A DNA stretch of 64,000 nucleotides from a virus. Its lineage: Duplodnaviria > Caudoviricetes. Made by a program: the position numbers and the translations under genes. The DNA is taken from the IMG/VR virus record IMGVR_UViG_3300049988_000245, positions 1-64,000 of that record, one strand, 5' to 3'. The notes under the pieces are model-generated. The model was given only the letters and a program-made list of their open reading frames with translations, had not been told where the DNA came from and did no database searches. This document shows, piece after piece, positions 45,575 to 54,928 of the stretch (position 1 is the stretch's first letter; each line of letters begins with the position of its first letter).

Positions 45575-46430
45575 TTCTGACGCAATCAACAAGGCCGCCA
45601 AGCTGCTCGGCATCGACCGGGATGAGGTCACCAAGCGGATGGAGAAGATGCCCGTCAACGCGGTGATCGACGCACTCGATGCGGTTGCATCCGGTGACGA
45701 AGAGCGCGTTCGCGAACTCCTCGGGAATGATGTGGATGAGGACGGCGGTCTGGAATCTCCTGAGAAGAACGTCGAGGATGACGACGAGTTCGAGATCAAC
45801 CCTCTCTTCATGAAGCGGAACAACGCGAAGAAGAAGCAGTCCGAAAAGGAGGTTGAGGAGGAAGCCTTCTCCCCCAACATCGGCGACGAGGTCCGTGTGA
45901 ACGGAGAAGAGGGAATCGTTAAGGTCGTTCATGGCCCGAATGATACGACCGGCGTGATGATCGACGGTCAGACTACCATGGTTAAGAAAGCACAGGTGAA
46001 GCGCGTGAAGACTCAGGAAAGTGTTATTGAAGAAGGTCTAATGGGAATGACCCCGATGATCGACCTGCGTCGCATGCAGGAACTCGCCGGTATGACCCCA
46101 GGGGCGTCGCCGCTCTCCCCAGGTCGTGTGGACTTGGCTGGTTCCTCGGATGCCGTGGAAGGCCCTCCAGCGCCCGTGGACGCCGTCGAGGTGTCTGTGG
46201 AGCCCGCACCAGCACCGATTCCACCGATGCCCGCCCCTGTGGCTCCTACGGCGGCTCCTGAGGCGAATCTGACCGCTGTTAGCATCGACGGCGTCATGTC
46301 GTCGTTCGATCAGATCGAGGCGGCTCTTCCGAACATCGCTCTGGGCGACGCCAAGACGGTCCGTGAGCGCATCAATGCGATCATGGCCCTGCTCAACGAA
46401 GGTCTTGACGGTCGCAAGCGCAAAATCTAA
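45567..46430 (+). CDS. Acidic late protein, scaffold/core-like
   Basis: KOW-like PNIGDEV module; IEE then LRRMQELAG motif. Confidence 0.55.
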   Translation: MADSDAINKAAKLLGIDRDEVTKRMEKMPVNAVIDALDAVASGDEERVRELLGNDVDEDGGLESPEKNVEDDDEFEINPLFMKRNNAKKKQSEKEVEEEAFSPNIGDEVRVNGEEGIVKVVHGPNDTTGVMIDGQTTMVKKAQVKRVKTQESVIEEGLMGMTPMIDLRRMQELAGMTPGASPLSPGRVDLAGSSDAVEGPPAPVDAVEVSVEPAPAPIPPMPAPVAPTAAPEANLTAVSIDGVMSSFDQIEAALPNIALGDAKTVRERINAIMALLNEGLDGRKRKI

Positions 46431-46492
46431 ACCCCCGCTGGGCTCCGGCCACTGTGCAAAAGCATACGCTCGCCCTGAATTGACAGGGGGTC

Positions 46493-46658
46493 CCCGGTGA
46501 GTAGCTACCTCGAAACCGGGATGGGAGTTTTTCAATTTGACTGTTCCGAATCTACGGAATAGTCTGACTAGGTCACCCAGGCAGGCACTGGATTCGTCCA
46601 TCCTCCACCAGTGAGCTTACACAACGGTCGCTCGGTGAGTTGCAACCTCGAAGCCGAG
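46493..46658 (+). repeat. Two copies of a 28-nt structured motif (46493-46520, 46631-46658)
   Basis: 23/28 identical; all 5 differences preserve complementarity. Confidence 0.7.
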
Positions 46659-46703
46659 ATGTGGGTATTTGTGAGGGGGTTTGGCCGCAAGGCTGGACCC
46701 CCT
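46571..46703 (+). ncRNA. Candidate structured ncRNA (~133 nt)
   Basis: TTGACT-N17-TAGTCT promoter 46537-46565; stems CACTGG/CCAGTG, GGA-TTCG-TCC, CTCGG/CCGAG; terminal 13-bp stem with GCAA loop and 3 G-U pairs. Confidence 0.5.
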
Positions 46704-46709
46704 TAAAGT

Positions 46710-47042
46710 TTACAGGCACACCCTGAGCATGACGAAGTCGCGCTGGCAGTCTTCGACGGAGCCGCCGAACGAGGTCACGTCGAATCCCTCACCGCTGAAG
46801 AGTCCCCGGACGCCCCAGGTGGACGTGTAGAGGCGTTGGGTCCAGTGGCGGCGCAGATCGGCGATCACCCATATTCCCCCAGCATAAGCCTTCCAGCGAC
46901 GAGCCGAATACTTGCTCTTTTCGTAGTCCGAATGAGCCTTGGGAATCGCGTTCATCAGCCCGGTGAAATCGAGTGCCGCGATCTCAGGCGGCGGATCGAT
47001 GTACTTGAGAGCGTACGAGGGTTTTGGTCTGGTCTCTGACAT
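46710..47042 (-). CDS. Hypothetical protein
   Basis: SD GAGG; 110-aa ORF. Confidence 0.6.
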   Translation of the reverse strand: MSETRPKPSYALKYIDPPPEIAALDFTGLMNAIPKAHSDYEKSKYSARRWKAYAGGIWVIADLRRHWTQRLYTSTWGVRGLFSGEGFDVTSFGGSVEDCQRDFVMLRVCL

Positions 47043-47071
47043 GCCTCATTATAAGGCATGTCGTGAGGAAA

Positions 47072-47683
47072 TCAAACCTTACGCTTGGTGACGAAGAAGC
47101 GGCTTTCCTCGAACTCGATCTCATATCCCCAGGTCCCGAGGCTCTGGACCCATTCCTGAACGTTGCCACCGCCGAATACCTGGGCGTCGCCATCGTCAGT
47201 GATGTATCCGACCGTGAATCCCTTATGGACGGCCTCGGACATCCGCGCGATCCAGTAGGCTTTTCCCGCCTGGGTATGAGTCTTATCCGAGAGGATCGTA
47301 TCGTAATTCTGAATCATCGGTCCCCAGAACATCTTCTGGGCGATATCTTTAACCGGGCAATCGGGTGACTTCCACAGCATGTAGGTTGAACAGCACCGAC
47401 CAAGACCATCGAGCTTGTAAATTTCGTACTGCGCGGTATAGCAGACCTTCTTGTTGACGATATCCAACAGGAAGAGTTCGCCCTCATGCTCCTCAACAAT
47501 GTTGCCGATCACATAGTGATCATTCTCCACCAGGGGATTGTATTGGCTTCGAATCAAGCGCTGATACTCTAACGTGTTCACCTCCGGGTGATTCACGTTG
47601 ACATCATCGGCCTGAGACTGTGGGACGAGTGCTGGCATCTCCGTAAGCGGGACGACAGCTTCCATAAGATCGCGCATATTCAT
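47072..47683 (-). CDS. Late protein, possible GNAT-like fold
   Basis: ATAAATA at 47695-47689; MNMRDLME..LTE; ILSDKTHTQAGKAYW. Confidence 0.5.
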   Translation of the reverse strand: MNMRDLMEAVVPLTEMPALVPQSQADDVNVNHPEVNTLEYQRLIRSQYNPLVENDHYVIGNIVEEHEGELFLLDIVNKKVCYTAQYEIYKLDGLGRCCSTYMLWKSPDCPVKDIAQKMFWGPMIQNYDTILSDKTHTQAGKAYWIARMSEAVHKGFTVGYITDDGDAQVFGGGNVQEWVQSLGTWGYEIEFEESRFFVTKRKV

Positions 47684-47691
47684 GCGCTTAT

Positions 47692-48549
47692 TTATCGGAA
47701 TCCCAATTGCAAGTAGGTCGCCATGGTCTCACTCGACGCCAGCATGAGCAGCCGATACATTACCGGAACCTGCGGGTACACCGGCTCAGGCGTATCGATA
47801 GCGATTTTCTTCTGGGCCAGGAAGGCTTTTTGGATCGGCTCGCACAATGCGTAGGTCTCGGCCTGATCGTCGTTTCGGAATCGGCATACGACGGCACCTC
47901 CCCCGAGGGTACGGACGACAAGAAGCTCGAACGACGGTAAGGCGCGATCGTCCTTCAGGTAGCGTTTAAGGTGAAGCGTTCGAGCGTTTGACAGCCGATC
48001 ACACAGGGTAAAGCCGTCGTCCGGGCGGTAGCCGCGATCCAGCACCTTATTCAGCGGGTTGTGCGCGGCAGCATCTCCTTCGATCCAGCCCGTATCGGCG
48101 ACAAACGGCTGCTTCTCGGCCTCTAGCAAGGCCGCGCTGACCAGCCGGGCGGTTTCTGAACTGATCTGGGCAAGTTTCTTCCGTTCTTCCTTAGCGAAAT
48201 AGCCACGTCCGGTTGACCGTAGCGCCGGGCGCGGCTTCTGCAATTGAAACCGCCCATACGGGTCGCGCAGCCACGTCTCAATCCGGGCGTCCTCCAGAGA
48301 GGGCGTGGGTAGAACATGGCGATTCGCAGTCAAGACAATCCGCCCTGATGCGGTGATCTCGAACGCCGTGTGGGTCTTATTCGCGTAGACGACCCGAGTC
48401 TGTTTCAGATGACCATCGTGAACGAGCTTACGCAGGTCGCGATTGGTCGAAGCCATCCCACCCTGACAGTTCACCTCGATCGGCTTGGTCTCCGCCTTCG
48501 ACAGAAGCTCAACCCGGCGGACCAGAGACCGGGCCTTATCTGCACTCAC
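47692..48549 (-). CDS. Hypothetical protein
   Basis: 285-aa ORF; winged-helix-like N-terminus. Confidence 0.6.
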   Translation of the reverse strand: MSADKARSLVRRVELLSKAETKPIEVNCQGGMASTNRDLRKLVHDGHLKQTRVVYANKTHTAFEITASGRIVLTANRHVLPTPSLEDARIETWLRDPYGRFQLQKPRPALRSTGRGYFAKEERKKLAQISSETARLVSAALLEAEKQPFVADTGWIEGDAAAHNPLNKVLDRGYRPDDGFTLCDRLSNARTLHLKRYLKDDRALPSFELLVVRTLGGGAVVCRFRNDDQAETYALCEPIQKAFLAQKKIAIDTPEPVYPQVPVMYRLLMLASSETMATYLQLGFR

Positions 48550-48752
48550 GAGGTGGTCTCCGGAAAGATCGCAAATCCGCCATCATGGGAGTCGGTATCG
48601 GAAAAATAGAACCCTCCGAGGTCATGTCCAGCCTCGACACGCTCGGCGATATTACGCAGAAGTCGCGACGCAACAGCAGCGTGCTCAGGTCCAATGACTT
48701 CACCCTCGCCAATGACGACGGAGACTTCAAGCTTGATACGGGGCTTCTTCAC
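48546..48752 (-). CDS. Small hypothetical protein
   Basis: GTG start; coupled ORF; GGTTTGACC upstream. Confidence 0.55.
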   Translation of the reverse strand: MKKPRIKLEVSVVIGEGEVIGPEHAAVASRLLRNIAERVEAGHDLGGFYFSDTDSHDGGFAIFPETTS

Positions 48753-48853
48753 GCGACGATCCTATAGTGATTCAGATTACAATCCCACAAATTTCAAATT
48801 TGGTCAAACCGTTTTTAAGATGGTAAATAGTAGTAGTTAATGAAAGGTCAGAC

Positions 48854-49606
48854 ATGCTTACTGTTGCGTGCGTATTTAAGACATTTACCCAGGGAATCTA
48901 CGGCGGCGCCTATAACGATGCTTGGATTCAGAAACTCCAGAGGAGCGTTGCCAAGCACCTGTCGGTCCCGCACCGGTTTGTCTGCCTCAGCAACAGCTTT
49001 ATCCCGCATGTGGACGTAATTCCTCTCCAGAATGATTGGGAAGGTTGGTGGTCGAAGATCGAGATGTTCCGTCCCGGCCTATTCAAGGGTCCGGTTCTAT
49101 CGTTCGATCTTGATGTTACAGTGTTGAGTTCGATCGACCACATGGCCGGACCGTTTCCGAACATGATGATGCTCCGGGATATTATCCCGACGATCAACAA
49201 CTCTACCTGCATGTGGTGGGACGCCTCGGACCCCGCATACGGTAAGATTTACGAAACGTTCAAGGCCGACCCGGATGGGCTGAAGAAGAAGCACCACGTG
49301 TTCAACACGCAGTCGATGGGAGACCAGGGCTTCATCAACGAGATTGTCACCGGCCAGGGTAAGCAGATCGACATTTGGCAGGACAAATTCGGTGACGAGC
49401 AGTTCGTACCATTTTCGTTCTTCAGCCGTTTGAATCCGATCATGAACGATATTAAGCCGTCGCCCGATCCATTCTCGTTCCTTAATACCCTGAAGGAACC
49501 ACAGATGAATCCAGAACTTCAACGGGCCAAGCTAGTATACTGCCTTGGTAAACCAAAATTTGATTCTTATAATGATCTTGTTGTTGTTAAAAAGAATTGG
49601 GTGTAA
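48854..49606 (+). CDS. GT-A fold glycosyltransferase
   Basis: TVACV, FVCLS, GWWSKIEMFRP, DLD (DxD), NST.M.W, GDQGFI; GTAAATA at 48823. Confidence 0.8.
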   Translation: MLTVACVFKTFTQGIYGGAYNDAWIQKLQRSVAKHLSVPHRFVCLSNSFIPHVDVIPLQNDWEGWWSKIEMFRPGLFKGPVLSFDLDVTVLSSIDHMAGPFPNMMMLRDIIPTINNSTCMWWDASDPAYGKIYETFKADPDGLKKKHHVFNTQSMGDQGFINEIVTGQGKQIDIWQDKFGDEQFVPFSFFSRLNPIMNDIKPSPDPFSFLNTLKEPQMNPELQRAKLVYCLGKPKFDSYNDLVVVKKNWV

Positions 49607-49703
49607 GATAACATGCTATCAGGATCACATATATTTGACAATGTGACTGCTGATATATTCATTTTTTATACTATAAATACTTCGCAAATATTTGAGGTCA
49701 TTA

Positions 49704-52700
49704 ATGAGAATCACCGGAGGAATCAAGCCGTTCAGCCAGCAGAAGGTGCGGCTTGGGCAAACGTCGGGTGTTAAAATTGATTGGGACAACCCAACGGGAA
49801 CGCTTGGATCGGTCAACGCCGGAGATGCTTTCAACTTCAATTTTTCTGCCCGCTCATCCGACAACAACGTTGTCAGGTTCTACCTAAAGTCTGGCTCTCT
49901 GCCGGATGGTATGACGCTGTCTGAAAACGGGACGCTGTCGGGGACATCAAACTCTCCGGGCATGTATGCGTTCGTCATCAAGGCGGTTGCAGGTCTCTTC
50001 TCTGTCGAGCGAACCTTCTCAGTCCTCACGAAGGCTATCACGGTCGCTTGGACCTCTCCAGCCACGCTCGGTACGATTCCAGCTTCTATTTCCACCCTGA
50101 CGACCCTGTCCGCAACGGCATCGGATGGCGGCGCGGTCGATTACCAGTTGGTTTCAGGAAGCCCGCCCTCGGGAATGGAGTTTGTCACTTCTGGTGCGGT
50201 CCTTGGCAAGCCCAGCACGGGAGGCACGGCGGCTTTCACCGTTCGAGCCACTCGAAAGGCCAACATCTTCACCGACCGTACGTTCACGCTTGCGGTTGCG
50301 GCACCAATGATCACGTGGACCACGGGTTCGCTTCCGATGACCACCGGAGGAAACGTTTACGATCAAACCGTAGTCGCTACTTCCAACCAAACAAACGCGG
50401 TCCTATCGTACTCAGTCGTTTATGGATCGCTGCCCGCTGGACTTAGCCTTAACTCGGCAACAGGTCGAATCACGGGAGCAGCGTCGAACGTCGGTGGCTC
50501 CTCGGTATTCCGAATTCGTGCGAACGACGGGTATACGTATCTGGACAAAGAATTCACCATTACGGTGAATGAAGACATCATCTCTTGGAACACCCCGTCA
50601 GGCTCTTTTGCTTCGCTCAATGGCGGACAGACCTTCATGGGTACACTCGCGTCTGTTTCTAACATCACAGGCCGTTTGGTTAATCAGTATCGGGTCGTAT
50701 CCGGCGCACTCCCTGCGGGATTGACCCTCGACCCCGTTTCGGGATCGATCTCGGGAACTGCGCAGAACGTCAACGGCCTGTCATCGTTCATCGTTCGTGC
50801 ATCAGACGGGTTTGGATTCGCGGATCGCTCATTCCAGATCACAGTTCTGGCCGACGTCATTACGTGGCAGACTCCGACCCAGGTTACATTCAACGCTGGG
50901 GATGGCGACACGAGCATTCAGCTTAATGCGACTGCGCTTTCTGGAAGCCCAATCACGTATACGGTCGTCTCGGGCACGGTTCCAACTGGATTCTCGTTCA
51001 ATCCCACGACGGCGATTATCAGGGGATCGTCCAGCACGACAGTAACTTCGGCGATCACCATTCGGGCAAGTAATTCGATTACTTCGTCTGAGCGCACGTT
51101 TACGGTTTCCGTCAACGGGGCGCCGGTCTGGTCAACCGTCTCGGGCTCGATCGGTTCGGTTCTTCCGGGTCAGCAGATCAGCTTCTCGTTGATCGCATCC
51201 GATCCGGACGGCATTCAATCATACACGGTCATCCCAGAGGGGTCGCTTGCCGAAACCGTGTCGATTCGCAAGATGGGTAACACCGGCTACCTAACCGGCA
51301 CATTCCCAACTCCCTCGGATCAGTTCCCGCCCACATGGACGACGGATCGTGCCATTCCCACGGTCAACGAGGGCGTGATTCAGCCCATCTCGCTTGCTGC
51401 GGCGCCTAGCTCGGGACGTACGATCTCTCGTTACCTCACCGTGGGTGGCACGCTGCCCTGGGGTCTGGCGATGGCCGCAAATGGTGTCGTATCTGGCTCG
51501 GCTTTCAACCAGATTGACGAGCCCTTCACGCCACTTGCTCCCGCCCCGTTGTTTGCGACTGCGACCGACCTTGGCACGAAGTCCGAAGGCGATTCAGTTT
51601 CCCTAACGATGAATGCCACCTCGGTCGCCGGTAGTTCGATTTCGAACTACTCGTTCGTATCTGGAACCATGCCATGGGGAATCGTTCTGAACGGCTCTAC
51701 CGGTGTGCTATCGGGTACGATCGGCGACATCGAACCGGTCTCTGAAAATGTTGCAGCCGGTCCGGCACCCCGTTGGATGACATCCAATGCGGTCTCTCTG
51801 GCCGTCTTGAACGAGAACGATCCCGTCTCGGGCGTGAAGTTCGAGGCCCTGTCAAATTCCGCGTCGGGTATCCGTGGGTACGTGCTTCAGTCGGGTGCGC
51901 TCCCCTGGGGACTTACGTTGAGCGCAAACACCGGAGACGTCTCGGGTAACCTCGTGTTCGATCTCATGGACACGCCATTCGTATCTGCGCCCGGTCCGAC
52001 CTTCATCACGGCTTCCGACATGGGCACGGCCAGTGAAGGAACTCCGCTATCCGCAACGATCAAGGCGACACCCGTCACCGGTAATGCCGTGACCTCTTAC
52101 GCCCTAGTCGGCGGAATCCTCCCATGGGGTATCACGGTTAATTTGAACGGCGTGATCTCTGGAACGATCGATAACATCGAACCAATCTCGGACGCCCCTG
52201 CGAATCTTCTGCCTCCGACGTGGATGACCAACGCCTCGCTGCTCTACTCGGGTGACGAGAACTCCACGTTCACCATGAACGTCTCCGCGACCCCGTCGAG
52301 CAATCGTACGGTAGTGTCCTACAACATCGCCAATGGTGCGATTCCGTGGGGCGTAACGCTGAACAATCTTGGTACTCTCTCGGGCACGATCTCGAACATC
52401 GAACCGGTCCGTGATCCCGTTGTGATTCCGGAAGGCCCGATCTGGCAGACCTCGAATGCGACCGTGCTGTTCGCGGGCGACGAAATCATGTCGTTCAACG
52501 CTACCGTAGTCGCGAATTCCGCTACGAATACGGGCATCGCCGCATACACGATCACCAAGGGTGGAGCCCCGTGGGGCGTCTCTCTCAATTCGAAGACCGG
52601 CCAGTTCACCGGAAACGTTACGTTGATCGAGCAGGACGACCCGTTCGTGGTCACGAACACTCCGGTATTCGTAACCCCGGCGGGTAGCCTGGGTACGGTC

Positions 52701-53831
52701 GATGAAGGCACTGTCATGACGACGCCAATCATTGTTACGCCTGGACCACGCTCGGCCCCCGTGAGTGGTTATTCGGTTGTTGCTGGCGCGATCCCTTGGG
52801 GCCTCACTCTGAGCCAGACCGGTGTCCTTTCGGGAACGATCGATAACATCGAGCCGATCGTCGAAATGACCGCGAATCTTAATCCCCCGGTATGGCAGAC
52901 GAACGCCGCAACCCTCTACTCGGGCGATGAGCTTAGCTCATTCTCGACTACTGTGATGGCGAACGCCGCGACCAACAAGACCGTCGTTTCGTACACCGTC
53001 ATGAATGGGACGATTCCGTGGGGAACGACCCTGAACAGTGCGGGCGTCCTCACCGGAACCATCTGGGGAATCGAGCCAGTATCCGATCCAGTGGCGATTC
53101 CGGCTGCTCCAGTCTGGATCACCGCAAACACCTCGGTGCTCTTCTCGGGTGACGAGATCATGCCGTTCACCGCCACCGTGGTTGCGAACTCCGCCACGAA
53201 TACGGGGATCGCCGCCTACATGATTGCGAACGGCACCGTCCCCTGGGGCGTAACGCTGAACTCGAAGACCGGTCAGTTCACCGGCAACGTGACGCTGATC
53301 GAGCGCGATGACCCGTTCATCGTGACCACCCCGCCGGTATTCACCACCCCCGGCGATCTGGGGACGGTCAACGAAGGCGCTCTGATCTCTCAGAGCATCG
53401 TGGCGCTCCCAGGGGCGGCTTCCATCCCTGTGGCTACCTACGCGGTCTCTGGTGGAGCTATGCCGTGGGGAATCACCCTGAGCCCATCTGGTACGCTATC
53501 TGGAACGATCGATAACATCGAGCCAGTCAGCGAAGGAATCGTTCTTGGGACACCCCCATCGTTTACGACTCCGGCGGGCTCGCTCGGAACGTTCTCGAAC
53601 TCAGCAACCGTCAGCACCTCTGTGAGTGCGACTCTAGCAGGTTCATCCATCTCTTATGGAGTTCAATCGGGCACGCTTCCTTGGGGTGTTGTCCTAAATC
53701 AAACGAACGGTTCTATTTCTGGATCATTGAATCCTACTGATGATTCAAATCGTACATTTGCTTTCTCAATTAGAGCTTTTTCGTCAAATGCAGGTTATAT
53801 TGACCGTGCATTCTCTATTACTGTTCAGTAA
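49704..53831 (+). CDS. Giant Ig-like (He_PIG-type) repeat fibre protein, 17 repeats
   Basis: TATAAATA at 49672; SD GAGG; repeats P.W.T...LG...G.LP.G.TL...G.ISG. Confidence 0.85.
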   Translation: MRITGGIKPFSQQKVRLGQTSGVKIDWDNPTGTLGSVNAGDAFNFNFSARSSDNNVVRFYLKSGSLPDGMTLSENGTLSGTSNSPGMYAFVIKAVAGLFSVERTFSVLTKAITVAWTSPATLGTIPASISTLTTLSATASDGGAVDYQLVSGSPPSGMEFVTSGAVLGKPSTGGTAAFTVRATRKANIFTDRTFTLAVAAPMITWTTGSLPMTTGGNVYDQTVVATSNQTNAVLSYSVVYGSLPAGLSLNSATGRITGAASNVGGSSVFRIRANDGYTYLDKEFTITVNEDIISWNTPSGSFASLNGGQTFMGTLASVSNITGRLVNQYRVVSGALPAGLTLDPVSGSISGTAQNVNGLSSFIVRASDGFGFADRSFQITVLADVITWQTPTQVTFNAGDGDTSIQLNATALSGSPITYTVVSGTVPTGFSFNPTTAIIRGSSSTTVTSAITIRASNSITSSERTFTVSVNGAPVWSTVSGSIGSVLPGQQISFSLIASDPDGIQSYTVIPEGSLAETVSIRKMGNTGYLTGTFPTPSDQFPPTWTTDRAIPTVNEGVIQPISLAAAPSSGRTISRYLTVGGTLPWGLAMAANGVVSGSAFNQIDEPFTPLAPAPLFATATDLGTKSEGDSVSLTMNATSVAGSSISNYSFVSGTMPWGIVLNGSTGVLSGTIGDIEPVSENVAAGPAPRWMTSNAVSLAVLNENDPVSGVKFEALSNSASGIRGYVLQSGALPWGLTLSANTGDVSGNLVFDLMDTPFVSAPGPTFITASDMGTASEGTPLSATIKATPVTGNAVTSYALVGGILPWGITVNLNGVISGTIDNIEPISDAPANLLPPTWMTNASLLYSGDENSTFTMNVSATPSSNRTVVSYNIANGAIPWGVTLNNLGTLSGTISNIEPVRDPVVIPEGPIWQTSNATVLFAGDEIMSFNATVVANSATNTGIAAYTITKGGAPWGVSLNSKTGQFTGNVTLIEQDDPFVVTNTPVFVTPAGSLGTVDEGTVMTTPIIVTPGPRSAPVSGYSVVAGAIPWGLTLSQTGVLSGTIDNIEPIVEMTANLNPPVWQTNAATLYSGDELSSFSTTVMANAATNKTVVSYTVMNGTIPWGTTLNSAGVLTGTIWGIEPVSDPVAIPAAPVWITANTSVLFSGDEIMPFTATVVANSATNTGIAAYMIANGTVPWGVTLNSKTGQFTGNVTLIERDDPFIVTTPPVFTTPGDLGTVNEGALISQSIVALPGAASIPVATYAVSGGAMPWGITLSPSGTLSGTIDNIEPVSEGIVLGTPPSFTTPAGSLGTFSNSATVSTSVSATLAGSSISYGVQSGTLPWGVVLNQTNGSISGSLNPTDDSNRTFAFSIRAFSSNAGYIDRAFSITVQ
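51117..53543 (+). repeat. Eleven tandem strand-incomplete Ig repeats
   Basis: Repeats 6-16 (about 70-76 aa) lack the F.IRA...DR.F.I.V hairpin present in repeats 1-5 and 17 (about 90 aa). Confidence 0.75.
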
Positions 53832-53848
53832 ATTTAAAGGATCAATTT

Positions 53849-54910
53849 ATGGCGACTTATAACTTTACGATTCGCGCTACCGATAACGTTGGCGCCTATG
53901 CGGATCGCAACTTCTCGATCAATGTCAACAACACGATTTATGACCGATTCGTTGCTGTCGGCAACGCCGGTCTCGCCCGTTCACCCGATGGTGTGAATTG
54001 GCTTTGGGAAGCTGGTCTGTCGGGAGAGGGCGTTGCTTTTGGTGGCGGCAAATGGCTGGTTTGGAACGGCACAACGTTTCGCTCTTCACCCGATGGAACC
54101 TCTTGGACCAACTATACCCCGACGTTTACCGGCGCGAGCGTTGGTGGTGTCTCCCGTATCAAATACCGTATCGCGAATAGCACGTGGGTCGCGCACACTT
54201 ACTATTTCAATGGGTCGAGCTATTCATATGATGAATTTAGTTCCACCGATGCCGTAACATGGGCGAGATCAACAAATATCTTTACCGGCGGTGGCAACAC
54301 TCTGTCGTATGCAACCTGTGACTTCGATCATGACGCCGCAGGTAATTGCGTTGCTTATCTCAATGGTGGAGCAACTTTCTACAAGCCAGCCGCTTCATCT
54401 ACATGGACAAGCCAGTCAATTAGCGGCCTCGGTCAAATTTCTGCCAGCACTTTTTGGGGAAATGTTCGAAACTATAACGGCTTGTGGATCATTTCGGCTG
54501 GCTCATCAAACGTTGCCACGTCAGTTGATGGTACCAATTGGGTCGGGCGCGCCACCGGTGCCGCTCAGTATGGTCTGCTGTATCTGAACGGTCGAATCCT
54601 TTCTCTTCCTACGAATACTGGAGCCAACACGTCCGCGACAATCCGAGAAAGCCTTACTGCGGGTCGTTCATGGGCAGGCCGCACTGGAGCAACTGCATCC
54701 AATAATCTTCCGTACGGACTGCTTACCGGCACGGGTGGAAATACGTATAAGCAGCCTATGTGCTATTTCGGCGGCACGCTACTGGCTCACTCAAACGGCA
54801 ACACTGCACTTTCTAGAAGCGTGGATGATGGTCTTACGTTTACGAGCTTTGCACCGGCCGGTTCATCAGGGGTATTCAACGCAATTGCTGCTCGTGACGG
54901 TATTAGCTAA
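53849..54910 (+). CDS. Beta-propeller-like receptor-binding protein with N-terminal Ig-completing hairpin
   Basis: Starts MATYNFTIRATDNVGAYADRNFSINVNN; repeated S.DG..W (BNR/Asp-box-like) motifs. Confidence 0.75.
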   Translation: MATYNFTIRATDNVGAYADRNFSINVNNTIYDRFVAVGNAGLARSPDGVNWLWEAGLSGEGVAFGGGKWLVWNGTTFRSSPDGTSWTNYTPTFTGASVGGVSRIKYRIANSTWVAHTYYFNGSSYSYDEFSSTDAVTWARSTNIFTGGGNTLSYATCDFDHDAAGNCVAYLNGGATFYKPAASSTWTSQSISGLGQISASTFWGNVRNYNGLWIISAGSSNVATSVDGTNWVGRATGAAQYGLLYLNGRILSLPTNTGANTSATIRESLTAGRSWAGRTGATASNNLPYGLLTGTGGNTYKQPMCYFGGTLLAHSNGNTALSRSVDDGLTFTSFAPAGSSGVFNAIAARDGIS

Positions 54911-54928
54911 GATTTTGAGGTAAAATAA

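Noticed and set aside
46493-46520. Hammerhead ribozyme (UGA-stem-GAAA pattern)
   Set aside because: Core reads CCGGUGA rather than CUGANGA, and no stem I/III with a cleavage triplet is present. CTGATGT near 58035 also lacks the GAAA partner.
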